A stretch of 62,267 nucleotides of DNA, the filler included, from Syncephalis fuscata S228 (Eukaryota > Fungi > Zoopagomycota): the NCBI GenBank assembly GCA_025786725.1. It is 4 parts of 4 records of this genome, joined end to end, with 100 filler letters (N's around TTAATTAATTAA, not from the genome) between each part and the next. Parts side by side here need not be neighbours in the genome. Positions count along the whole stretch, not along the records: positions 45,672 to 59,631 come from JAHLTZ010000237.1; positions 59,732 to 62,267 come from JAHLTZ010000353.1; 2 more parts are not named here. The stretch is one strand, 5' to 3'. The notes beneath the pieces were generated by a model that did no database searches, was not told where the DNA came from, and saw only the letters and a program-made list of their open reading frames with translations. A program made the position numbers and the translations under genes. Below, in pieces: positions 51,255-62,267 of the stretch; position 1 is the stretch's first letter, and every line of letters starts with the position of its first letter.

Positions 51255-54227
51255 GGTGATATTGATTTGTTAAGACAAACAAATAAAAGAGATAGTAGAG
51301 TGTGGTTGGTATAGAGTGGGGAGTAGTGCGCGTGTAGCAAGAAGTAGAGTGTGATGAGGATATTGCAGTGGGTTGTGTATATTTTGCGGGCTATTTATAC
51401 TTATGATTATGCTGAGATGCTAGTATACTGTAGTATACGAGATATACCATTGATGTGTAGCATGAACCAATAAAGCAATCCAAACAATGCTTTGAGGTCC
51501 GCGTGTACCAATAGATTCATGGCATAATAGAACACTCCCAGTTTTGATTTCAACCTGCTCAGCATTTACACAAATAACGCGGCAATTCCAATGAGCAGTA
51601 CATATGCGATAGAGACATGTACATCATCCTGTATTTTTTGTTACACGATTTAGCTATTTGATGAAAATAAGTATATTGTTTGGTTTTGCAGAAGCAATAA
51701 TGATGTCTTTACTGTTGTTTCCACTGAATGACTTGGTCCTCAATACCTACATGCATACAAAATAACACATAACCTGTCCGGTCTTTACTTCAATCTGCCA
51801 GTTACCCGCACGAATGATGTAACAATGTTTATAGCACAACCCAACCCAACCCAGTATATATGGGATAAAAATAGACATATTCGCCTGTGTTTTCTGTTAC
51901 ACGGTTTAACTATTTGGTAAAAGCGAGTATATTGTTTGGTTTTATAAAAACGATAGTGATGTCTTTGCTGCCATTTTTACTAATTTGGTCCTCAATATTC
52001 GCATGCATCCAAAATAACACACAATACTGATGCAAAAACAAGTTTAATATATTAAAACGGTATTTTATACAAATTTTTAATGCTATATATAAATTAATCG
52101 TCATTCTTTAAATTATAAAGTGTGTTGATTGGTACATGCATGCATTTCATTCGACACTATGCCCATTTTTATGGGGTAGTTATTGTTTTGAATTCACAAA
52201 TGCATCACATTCAGGCATACCGTTCTACATGTTGTACAACTACCATCATTCAAATGGCGATTAATACTAATTACCTGAAATCGACTATACAATAAGTACT
52301 GTTTGTGGAATGATTCATCATGACATTTTGAGCAATGGAACATTCCAAGTTATTCTTATTAGTTTTTAGTTGCAAACTCGATTGTATCAGCTAAATTACA
52401 CACATTACAATATGCAGACACTAGAATAGACACAATAGAAAGTTTTAATTGAGTAGCAGCAATTTCAAGTGCATAGTGTCAATCAATTGCATGTCAATTG
52501 GTAGTCATCCAAGGCCTAACTGCTGCTTACATTTCTGAAACCAATCCTGGCAAGTCAAGCAAGATGGAATATAGAAGAACAAGCCAAAGCAGAAACCAAT
52601 GGAAAAACAATTGGCGGCTCAAACGCTTAGTGATTTAACATATGGCAAATCATTATAACTATGCTAACCTAGACTGTGTTTATCAAAAGTAGACTGTTGC
52701 TGATGCGACCAGAACAGCAGCAATGTTAAACCGAGATAACGCACAGAAAACAGAGAGTTGTAAATAAAATTGAATTAATGAGTTATTAGTTAAATAACTT
52801 GTTATTGTCGCTATAATTTATAATTATAGTTGTTTGTATGAATAAATATTTACAAATACATTGTAACTTCTTATATACTTATATTTATGCAACCACCAAC
52901 TAAGCCAACTATTATAAGTCTTAGTTTAGTTATTTATCAAAGTAAACAGCTAATATTGTACATTATTGCAATAATAGAAAATACATCATTTTTATTTATT
53001 GATCATTAATAAAAGCTGTATAGCTATATATTAAATAAAACATTGGATTGAGCGCGTAATATCTATATGGTCATGTCATTTTTAGCTTGACTTTTACATC
53101 TTTTATTTAATCATTTCATTGTCTTCTTATTGCTATCTTATTGTTCTATTCAGTAATATATTACATGATAATGCCAAATATAACAATATAAATAACATGT
53201 GTATTTGAACATCAATAAATAACATTATCAATCCCTAGTCTTTATTTCTCTTATTTACATCAACACCTGTTCAAGTAACCTCAACAGCATGCCGTATATT
53301 CTGGCTACAGCTGTCACCACAAGCTCTTCCTGGTGAAAACACTTAACCTATCATTATTGCATATGGTGGACGCCAATTTGCTTTATCAATGGTCGGCAAA
53401 TAAACTACGCCTATTAAGCTGATACCAAGAATGCTCAAGACAATGGCGAACATCGGAAATGCTAGTCGTTCTACCTTTTTGTCACCATAGACGAGTATCT
53501 TACATTGCAAATAGGCCCAAAATGCAACAGTAGAAGATTGGAAAATAGAAGAGACCATTCAGACGCAAGAAACCACACTGTTGTAGTAACAGCAATAACA
53601 ACAGCGGAACGACATGGAATTGTAATCAATGGCTTTTATTAATATTCGATCAATCTTTCTACGCATAGCCAACAACAACAATAATTAGCCTCAAATATTT
53701 TAAAGGAATTAAATAGTATGTTATATTCATTATTTAAATGCTTAATATTAGTTTTAATACAACGTTCTGTTACAATTAACCTATTTTATTTTGTGGAAAT
53801 GATAATGCTGTTACATTATGTTGATATTTATTGTGAATGATCATTTAAACACAAATTAACCCAATCAAATTATTACAATGGATTGGGTAAAATGATTTAC
53901 TGCCCCAAGGGGACTAAAGTAGATATTAGCCATTTAATAATAGATAGTCAAGCCTTTATAATTGTTTTTAGCTTGTTACTTATATATAGATTTAGTTAAA
54001 TTAGCCACTGTTACATTCAGTAAATACATTATTTAGTTTAAATTATATTTAATAGCAAGCTGATAATAATAATCATGCTTGCTTGTTTTATTCCCACAAG
54101 GAAAGCAAGTAACTGAGAAAATACCAACAAATAACATGTGGCATAATAGACATCGTCAGTACAAACCTCCTGAGTGCATCGGCAAACCACAGATGGAGCT
54201 GTGCTGCATAAAAGCTTGTCGATTGGT

Positions 54228-54620
54228 TTAGTAGAAATAACCAAGAATCTTGCCACCAACGTGCTTGCGACGGGCTTCCTCGTGATCCATAATACCGGAA
54301 GAGCTGGTCAAGACCAAGTAGCCAAATTGACGGGATGGCAACAAGTTGTTGACCCACTTCTCGAGGTCGTTCAACTTGACGTTGAAGCGTGGAGAGATGA
54401 CACCACACTTGTTCAAGCGACCGTTAAGTTGGATCACAATCTTGCCAGAGCGGTGGTCATCGACGATTTCGAATTCGCCAATGTAGCCGTGACGCTGCAT
54501 GACCGACAAGAACTTGATGATCACCTTGGAGCTTGGGCGAACCAAAACCTGGCGACGACCACGACGCTCAGCATTGTTGATGTTGTTCAAACAGTCGTTC
54601 AAGACGGAAACGCGAACCAT
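54228..54620 (-). CDS. RPS22: 40S ribosomal protein S22/S15a (uS8)
   Basis: [38 protein letters not shown]...[22 protein letters not shown], full-length 130 aa. Confidence 0.99.
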   Translation of the reverse strand: MVRVSVLNDCLNNINNAERRGRRQVLVRPSSKVIIKFLSVMQRHGYIGEFEIVDDHRSGKIVIQLNGRLNKCGVISPRFNVKLNDLEKWVNNLLPSRQFGYLVLTSSSGIMDHEEARRKHVGGKILGYFY

Positions 54621-55221
54621 GATTGCTGATGGTCAAGGAGGTTGAACACAAAAACTATTTCAAAACAGCAGTAATAATAAAAACGCGTCAGTCTAGTGCC
54701 TAACCAAGAAGAGTGTCGATTTTATAATAAAATCGATTCGTTCTGGTTGTTTATAAGCAGATATATATCGACCATTTCAGCTTGTAGGTAAACCAAACGT
54801 GGGTATTGTTCGTTCAAGCTAATGCACTACTAATAGTCCATCAGTTTGTCTCAATTCCACGCTTGTGCACTAGCCTACAAGTGTCTGGCGTGTGTGTTTA
54901 GAATAAATTCAAAAATAGCAACATGTCTATAGATAGATGATGAATACTACAGCAAATATCTATTTTAAAAATCCATGTTTATCAAGAGATGATATACAAG
55001 ATATAATCCACCTTAAAAACACGAATATTGATATAGAAGCAGATGGATATACAGATGGATGATGGATGGATGGATGGATGATGCTTACCTATCGATGTGT
55101 TGAATATCCGAGGGGAAAGAGAAGGAACTCTTGTGGTGAGTGGTGAGCAAGTGTCCAATGAATCTAACATCTCACCCACCCACACACGAAAGTATATTGA
55201 TTGAAAAAAAACTTTATCGTC

Positions 55222-55947
55222 ATGTTTGCATTAGGAATCTACATTACAAAAGGACACGGTGTGCATGCGCTAAAAGTGCATAATGCTTCGCTTAGTAGAG
55301 CGTGTATTGGTGCTGGTTTGAACACAAGATGGTTGACTCGGTCGTTTGCTACAAAATCCTCGTCAAATACGACAACAACGCCGGCTACTGACATCAATGG
55401 CCGGCTTATATATATTGGACATTTGGCACGTACTGCTCGTTTTTTGAAACTATTTTCTGTATCCTCGCTGGGTATAACACTGATTGGTGTGCCGTTTATT
55501 TTTATGCTAAAAAGCGGTATGACTACCGAGTTCCGTACCGCTCTGGCTAGTGCAGGTTAGTATGATAGTCATGATTGTGATTGTTTAACTTAGCACGCTA
55601 TCATGGTATCAATAGCTCTCTTTACAAGTATTTCATCCACGTCTATTATTCATTTTGCGCTTGCGCCCTACGTTACGCAGATCACACTGCCTGGTGTTAG
55701 TACGGAGGCTATACCAGAAGCGACGGAGACAATTACTGCCAACACCGATCTGTCGATAGACACACTCACGTTCTTTGGACAGCCACGTCGCACTAACATC
55801 AAAGCTGGCAATCTACTTCCTTCTGCTCGTGTTTTTTCAAGCTGGCGATCTCCTATTGGCCAAGAGTTCCATGTTCAGTCAGACACGGTGCAAACCGAAG
55901 AGATGTTGCAACTGGTTCAATTAGTTCAATCAAAGCAAACACAATAA
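55222..55947 (+). CDS. Mitochondrial membrane protein, TMEM70/TMEM186/TMEM223-like (2 exons)
   Basis: Basic, Ser/Thr-rich presequence. LIYIGHLARTARFLKLFSVSS, two TM helices, PYVTQI and TLTFFG motifs. Intron ~55556-55615. Confidence 0.65.
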
Positions 55948-56047
55948 TAGCGCAATTAATTAAATTGTGGCTAAAACACACTAAATATGATCTATTATAC
56001 AATGATGGTGCATATAAATTGTTTATATTTGGTGTTAAAACAATAAA

Positions 56048-56951
56048 TTAAGACTCTTTTAATATAGAATATTGCCGTGTTATTGGTTCGATATCAACGA
56101 ATACAGTGCGCATTCTTTGATGTTGACGAATTAAAAGCAATGATGTCACTAGCCCTGTAATAATAAATAAGTAAAACGGTTATTACGTGCAAATATACTT
56201 ACAGTCTATAATAAAAGCCATCTCCGTAGCTGGTCCAAACATTTCAAATGCTGTCAATAGCGCGCAAACGATATTTGATGCAATCACACCAAGCAAATAA
56301 AAAAGCCATCTTGCTTTAGCTTTTGCCAACATGCACTGCCAAAAAGACAATACTGCTTGATGACAGTATTAAGAAAGATTGCTGAAAAAGAATATTAATG
56401 ACTAGTTTAGCGATAGAACGAAACCAAGGAAAGCAAGAAGGATAGCGTATTATGCAGCCAGATTCTACAGTGTTTAAAATTTTGCTTTGCAACCATCCTA
56501 CCCAAATGTTTACAAACTGGGGCAGTATAAGAAATCCACCAACCCAGAGCAAGCGACGGTCATGCATCTGTACAACACATGTCTGGATCAATAAACTGAG
56601 AGTAACGCAAATGCTTGACGCTGTTAAACTGAAAGATACAACCAAAACAGTTGCCCGACAAGTAACTATACTGGTAAGTAATGAGAAAAGCGTAAGCGTT
56701 CCAACGATTGCGCCCATGAACGCCTGTGTAAAACAACACCAATTGGCAACGCTTTGTCGATTTTGTATTAAGAATCAAATTGTATGCCATGTATTCCAAG
56801 CAAAGGTCCATGAAATAAGCACAACAAAGAATACTTGGACAAGTTTGTTAGAAACTCGCAATCTTGCATCTGCAATATATATGACCTGTACCATAAAATC
56901 GAGCGGAGAAATCTCTTCTAATGAATTAGATGGAACATATCCGCTGACCAT
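56048..56951 (-). CDS. Multi-pass (7TM-like) membrane protein, family copy 3 (frameshifted)
   Basis: GCIIRYPSCFPWFR and an intron after ID, followed by LVTSLLLIRQ, as in the other copies. Confidence 0.65.
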
Positions 56952-58773
56952 GACTAGTATGCCTGAGTTTTATTCTCGCGACAGTATAAATATTTATATA
57001 CAGAGATTGTTAAATATATTAACTAACAGAGGGAAAATAGAATGCAGATATCAATGAACCAAAGTACCAATTTAACGGCTATGTATACAGGCTAATGTCA
57101 ATCTTTTGTATTGCATAGGTTAGGGTCAATCAAGCATGTGCATACTAAATCATGCGTTACTGATTTGAGCTATAACTCAAGGTCATGTTCAACTTTTCTG
57201 CCACCGTTATCTATTGAGAGTGCATTGCGCATTTTATCTACAAGATAAATAATATTGTTCTATTTTTATTAGGATTTGAAATGCCGCTAAAATTGAGCGT
57301 TATACATGCTGCATTGCAATAAGTAATGTATAATTTAAATAATTTAAAATAATATGGTAATAAAAATACCTTTGACTGCTTATAGTTTCAATAAATCTGA
57401 CGTGGTATATATCTATTATGAATCATGCCTATTTCTAAGCAATGTTTATCTTCTAGCCATTTTCCAACTTATGCATATAAATAGCATTACCACCAATAAG
57501 CACATGATCATTGCCAAATATAAACTTACAGTACAGCGTTTGTTTAGATCGAAGAAGCTACTTCACTATGACTATTACATTTTATTTATCCATTTCACCC
57601 CTTAACACTTTTGAATACCATTAAACACCCATACATCACCATAACATGTATAATATTGCATCCAACATTAACTAATTCATGTGTAATTATCAATACAATA
57701 ATGTAATTAATTAGTTGTTTTTATTATTGCTTTAATACATATACATTGTCATTTATTTAGTCAGATTGGCTATAGGGAGGTGGTTGTTTAATAAACAATA
57801 TTTATAATAATTATATTAATCCTAATCTTACATCACAAATATGCCCAAAATGCAATAGTAAAATATTAGAAAATAGAATAGATCATTCATGTGCAATAAT
57901 CCATGCTGTACGTAGATGCAAAGACTGCAGAATAACATAAAATCGCAATCATATGCTTCTATTAATATTCAGTCAATAGCTCTACACATGGACAGTAACA
58001 ACAATAATCGGCCTCATGGGTTTCAAAGTAGTCAAATGAAAGCATTATAACTATGTTGTGCATAATAATGGTATGAATCTAATTAAAATGAATTTTGCTT
58101 TGAAGACTCGAAATGTAAGAGTCAAAGTACAATTCAACCATTTCGAAAGCTAGAAATGACAATATACGTGACTCGCTTAATTCATACAAAACTAGACAAC
58201 GTCTAATAATTGCAATTAATGCATTTACAATTAATCCAAACAATTTAGAATCCATGATGTAGGTACATATTACTAGTTGTCAATAAGCATACAAATAATA
58301 TTACAAACTTTCAAAATAATCCATAAATTAATTATCACAGTATACCGCTGATATAAAGTAATCTATTATACAATTAGCAACCAGTTTATAATGATTTTAA
58401 CAACAAGTTACATTATTAAGCTAACATGATCAGTACTAACAATAACGACAAACCATTATGACCACATTTTTGTTCATAATAATCTATAAGTTATAATTAT
58501 GTGTAATTTTAATAGTATTTATCAAATAAATTATCGAATGTAGTAACAATTTCTAGATTATAAATGTGTTGCCACTACTATTATTATACATTGCTAAAAT
58601 ATTCATTTTTGATCATGCATGTAAGCGTTGCTATAGTAAAAATAAACTGATAGAATAATTTATTAATATTAACACTCATAACCTGTGATTATGTTACTTT
58701 TATTTTGGTCTTGTTGGTTTTGATCATTTACAGTCCACGAACACCGAGTACTTTCGAGTAATTGGACGATTGT

Positions 58774-59631
58774 TTAAAATACAGTTTGCATCGTCTGGTT
58801 CTGGTGTACCAATAGCAGCGACGTTATTACCCTAGTTGATTTTAACTAACGTTAGCCGTTGATGCATAAAACCATGTGTGTTGTATATCTATTCTACTTA
58901 CAATCAATTGTAAGAAATGATTTTGGGAGTGATGTTGAACCAAGTACAGTGGAAACAACAATGCAAATGACATTCGATAGCATTACGGCAAATAAAAAAA
59001 GTAGGCCGTCGCTTTTTAGTTTCTTCCAGCATCCACTGCCAAAAGTTTGATACTGTCTAATAACCGTGCATAAAAACAATGCCGAGAAAACAAAGTTGAT
59101 AACCATTTCAACGCCGAATCGATACCATGCATAATAAGGTCCGAAATTAATACCGCAGCGAGCACTTGTTGCGACAAAGAACATCACCTGACTCCAGAAC
59201 AGCCAAGGATAGACGAGTTGCAACATAATGAAGAAAACACCCACGTAGATAACTCGGCGGTCGCGCATTTGTACGGCATAGGCCTTGATCAGCAAGCAAA
59301 CGGTGACGCAAATACTCGAAATAGCGAGACCAAAATTTCGGTCCATATGCATATCTTACAAGTGATCGCACTGCCGAGCAGCGAGGAAAGAGTCATAACG
59401 GTGAAGAAGACGCCGCAAAATGCTTGCAAGAAACAGCTCCAATGAGCAATACTTCGCGAATTAAGTCGTATCAGTCGTATAGAGCACATGTATTACGTAT
59501 GAAATGTACAGAATAAGAACATCAATAAGAGTGTGAACAGCATTATCGAGATTGCGCTCTTGTGCTTCGTCCAAGTTATCGGAACTGCTTAGGTAGTCAA
59601 GCGTAGAAAACACGACCAAGCCAGTGGTAGT
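58774..59631 (-). CDS. Multi-pass (7TM-like) membrane protein, family copy 4 (5' truncated by the gap)
   Basis: LLIKAYAVQ, IRQYQTFGSGCWKKLKSDG, intron after LTID, then VITSLLLVHQ. Confidence 0.7.
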
Positions 59632-59731
59632 NNNNNNNNNNNNNNNNNNNNNNNNNNNNNNNNNNNNNNNNNNNNTTAATTAATTAANNNNNNNNNNNNN
59701 NNNNNNNNNNNNNNNNNNNNNNNNNNNNNNN
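59632..59731. other. Artificial contig spacer
   Basis: N-TTAATTAATTAA-N. Confidence 0.95.
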
Positions 59732-59935
59732 AGATGGTGGCCCCCGCGTGGAGTCTATAGGACCCGGCTCCATGCAAAAACGTGGCGGTCCACTCGGTAT
59801 CAACAATGCTACATTGTTTAATATTTTAAAAGCTTTATTATAATTAACGCGATAACAGCATGACACTGAGAAGCAGCACAAATTCTTTAATTATGCGCAG
59901 CGGGGCCCACAAGCTCTTCAAAATAAAAAAAAAAA
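59732..59935 (+). mobile_element. 3' part of a diverged SINE copy
   Basis: Shares aaattctttaattatgcgcagcgggg..cacaagctcttcaaaataaaa and the A-rich tail with the two full copies. Confidence 0.75.
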
Positions 59936-59952
59936 TATATATACAATACCAC

Positions 59953-60355
59953 GGGGGACGTTGCTAGCCCAGTTGGTAAGGCAGCGTCTCCCGAGCTGAA
60001 GGCTCCGGGTTCAAACCTCAGTTTGAATCAATCCTTAAGTGGAAAATCCCCCCTCCAGTTTTCTCTAGTTAACAAATTGCAAACCAGAACCCAATAAGTA
60101 GGTCCGGAAACAAGACCTTGGCCAGAATAGCCGAGGAAAACCCAATTGGGACCAACTTCAAGAGAATAGTGCTGTGTAGCACCATTTAAAGGAAGATGGC
60201 CCCCGTGTAAAATCTATATGGACCAGATTTTGCGCAAAAACGTGGCAGTCCACCCGTTAAAAAGTTTGGAAAAAGTCCAAATTAGTGGGAAGCAGCGCAA
60301 ATTCTTTAATTATGCGCAGCGGGGGCTCACAAGCTCTTCAAAATAAAATAAAATA
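59953..60355 (+). mobile_element. tRNA-derived SINE (~400 bp), copy 1
   Basis: A box tagcccagttgg, B box ggttcaaacc, (AAAAT)n tail, 14-bp TSD atatacaataccac (59939-59952 and 60356-60369). Confidence 0.85.
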
Positions 60356-60373
60356 ATATACAATACCACTTAC

Positions 60374-62267
60374 CATCTATTATATTAAGTCATTGGTACA
60401 CAAAGTACATGACACATAATTAGTACATATTTAGTTACCATATACTATCACTTACCATCTATTAATAATTTATTGGTACAATTAACAAATAGTATGTGAT
60501 TAGTGCATAGTCAGTTAATATACAACACATCTTACCACCTATTATATTGCGTCATTTATACACATAGTGCATGGCATATAATTAGTGCATAGTCAGTTAA
60601 TATGCAATACCACGGGGGACGTTGCTAGCCCAGTTGGTAAGGCAGCGTCTCCGAGCTGAAGGCTCCGGGTTCAAACCTCAGTTTGAATCAATCCTTAAGT
60701 GGAAAATCCCCCCTCCAGTTTTCTCTAGTTAACAAATTGCAAACCAGAACCCAATAAGTAGGTCCGGAAACAAGACCTTGGCCAGAATAGCCGAGGAAAA
60801 CCCAATTGGACCAACTTCAAGAGAATAGTGCTGTGTAGCACCATTTAAAGGAAGATGGCCCCGTGTAAAATCTATATGGACCAGATTTTGCGCAAAAACG
60901 TGGCAGTCCACCCGTTAAAAGTTTGGAAAAGTCCAAATATAGTGGGAAGCAGCGCAAATTCTTTAATTATGCGCAGCGGGGGCTCACAAGCTCTTCAAAA
61001 TAAAATAAAATAATATGCAATACCACTTGCCCCCTATTAATATTGATTCATTGATACACATAGTACACGGCATATAATTAGTGCATAGTCAGTTAATATA
61101 CAATACCACTTGCCCCCTATTATATTAAGTTGTTGATGCATATAATATATAATATATAATTAGTTTATAAGCCAGTAACATATGATGCTACTTACGGCCT
61201 GTTAGTATTAAGTTGTTAATGCGCATAGTATATGGCACATAATTAGCGCACATTCAGCTAATATACAATACCACCTTACTAGCTATAATATTAAATTGTT
61301 GATGCGCACAACACATGGCATGTAATTAGCGCAGTCAGTTAATATGCAATACAACTTACGATCTTATATTAAGCCATTGGTACGCGCAGTACATGGCGCA
61401 TAATTAGTACATATTTAGTTAATATACAATATAACTTACTATCTATAGAATTAAATTGTTCATACACATAGTACATGGCACATATTAGGACATATTTAGT
61501 TACTGTACAATACAACTTACTGCCTATTATATTAAATTATTATTACACAGTACATGGTATATAATTAGTCTATGTTCTATTGATATCAATAGAACTTACA
61601 AGCTATTAATATTAGGTTGTTAATGCACACAGTACGTGACATATTAGTGCATAGTAAGTTGATATAACATACAAATTACCAACTATTGATATTAAGTGTT
61701 AATGTACACAGTACATAGATATAATTAGTTTATGTCCTATTGATATACAATAAAACTTACGACCTATTAGTATTAAGTCATTGGTGCACACAATACATGA
61801 CATATAATTAACACATATTAATTAATGTACAATACCACTTACCGCCTATTATATTAATTTTAATATACACAGTACATGGCATATAATTAGTCTATTTTCT
61901 ATTGATATAACAATAGGACTTACAAGCTATTAATATTAAGTTGTTAATACACATGGTACATAACACATGTTAGTGTGTGATCAGTTAATACAAAATTCCA
62001 CATACAACTATTGATATTAAGTGTTAATGTACACGGTACATGGTATATGATTAGTCTATGTCCTATTGATATACGATAGGACTTACAAGCTATTAATATT
62101 AAGTTTTTAATGCACACGGTACATAACACATGATTAGTGTGTAGCTAGTCAATATACAACATTGCTACGGTCTATTATATTAAGTTGTTAATATACACAG
62201 TACATGGCATTATAATTAGTGCATAGTCAGGTAATATACAATTTTACTTGCCCACTAATATGTTATA
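60374..62267 (-). CDS. Micro-exon peptide gene, copy D (internal part, 19 micro-exons visible)
   Basis: Same ~80-nt intron units as copy A. A phase-1 read gives DPFACGLACNNPSRGGDD (one exon needs a restored base) and shares CxxxC and RGGD with copy A. The 5' end lies beyond the window and the 3' end is lost at the gap. Confidence 0.8.
60614..61010 (+). mobile_element. tRNA-derived SINE (~400 bp), copy 2
   Basis: Nearly identical to copy 1. 16-bp TSD taatatgcaataccac (60598-60613 and 61011-61026). Confidence 0.85.

Noticed and set aside
54174-54629. 151-aa ORF antisense to RPS22
   Set aside because: Typical open antisense frame caused by strong codon bias of a ribosomal protein gene.
59953-60025. 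tRNA gene
   Set aside because: Has A and B boxes but no proper acceptor or anticodon arms. It continues into a 400-bp body with an A-rich tail and TSDs, so it is a SINE head.

Overview
AT-rich, intron-rich fungal genomic DNA. An early-diverging lineage such as Zoopagomycota is my tentative inference, not something the sequence shows. The window is four contig pieces (1-16458, 16559-45571, 45672-59631, 59732-62267) joined by artificial N-TTAATTAATTAA-N spacers, with many single-base deletions in homopolymers that look like sequencing error. Housekeeping genes include a DDHD phospholipase A1, DASH subunit Hsk3, a DNAJC9-like J protein, AHA1, TRS23, an OPT transporter, a Pcl-type cyclin, RPS22/uS8 and a TMEM186/70-like protein. 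There are also four paralogous multi-pass membrane genes, a MITE-like family, a truncated retroposon and a tRNA-derived SINE. The main finding is that the apparent ~80-bp AT-rich minisatellites at 9.4-10.6 kb, 48.3-51.2 kb and 60.4-62.3 kb read as tandem arrays of spliceosomal introns separated by 3-nt micro-exons. Two of these arrays lie downstream of a conserved signal-peptide/propeptide exon. In the complete copy (51254-48347, minus), splicing 34 phase-1 micro-exons by hand gives a 67-aa pre-pro-peptide. Its predicted 36-aa mature part has six cysteines (GTVAECKTCLSHCTRGGDTKKFCSIQCSHNYFPAQC) and ends exactly at a split TAA. This is a candidate 'one intron per codon' secreted cysteine-rich peptide family, invisible to the ORF track, with at least four members in the window. 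Splicing is inferred from sequence only.
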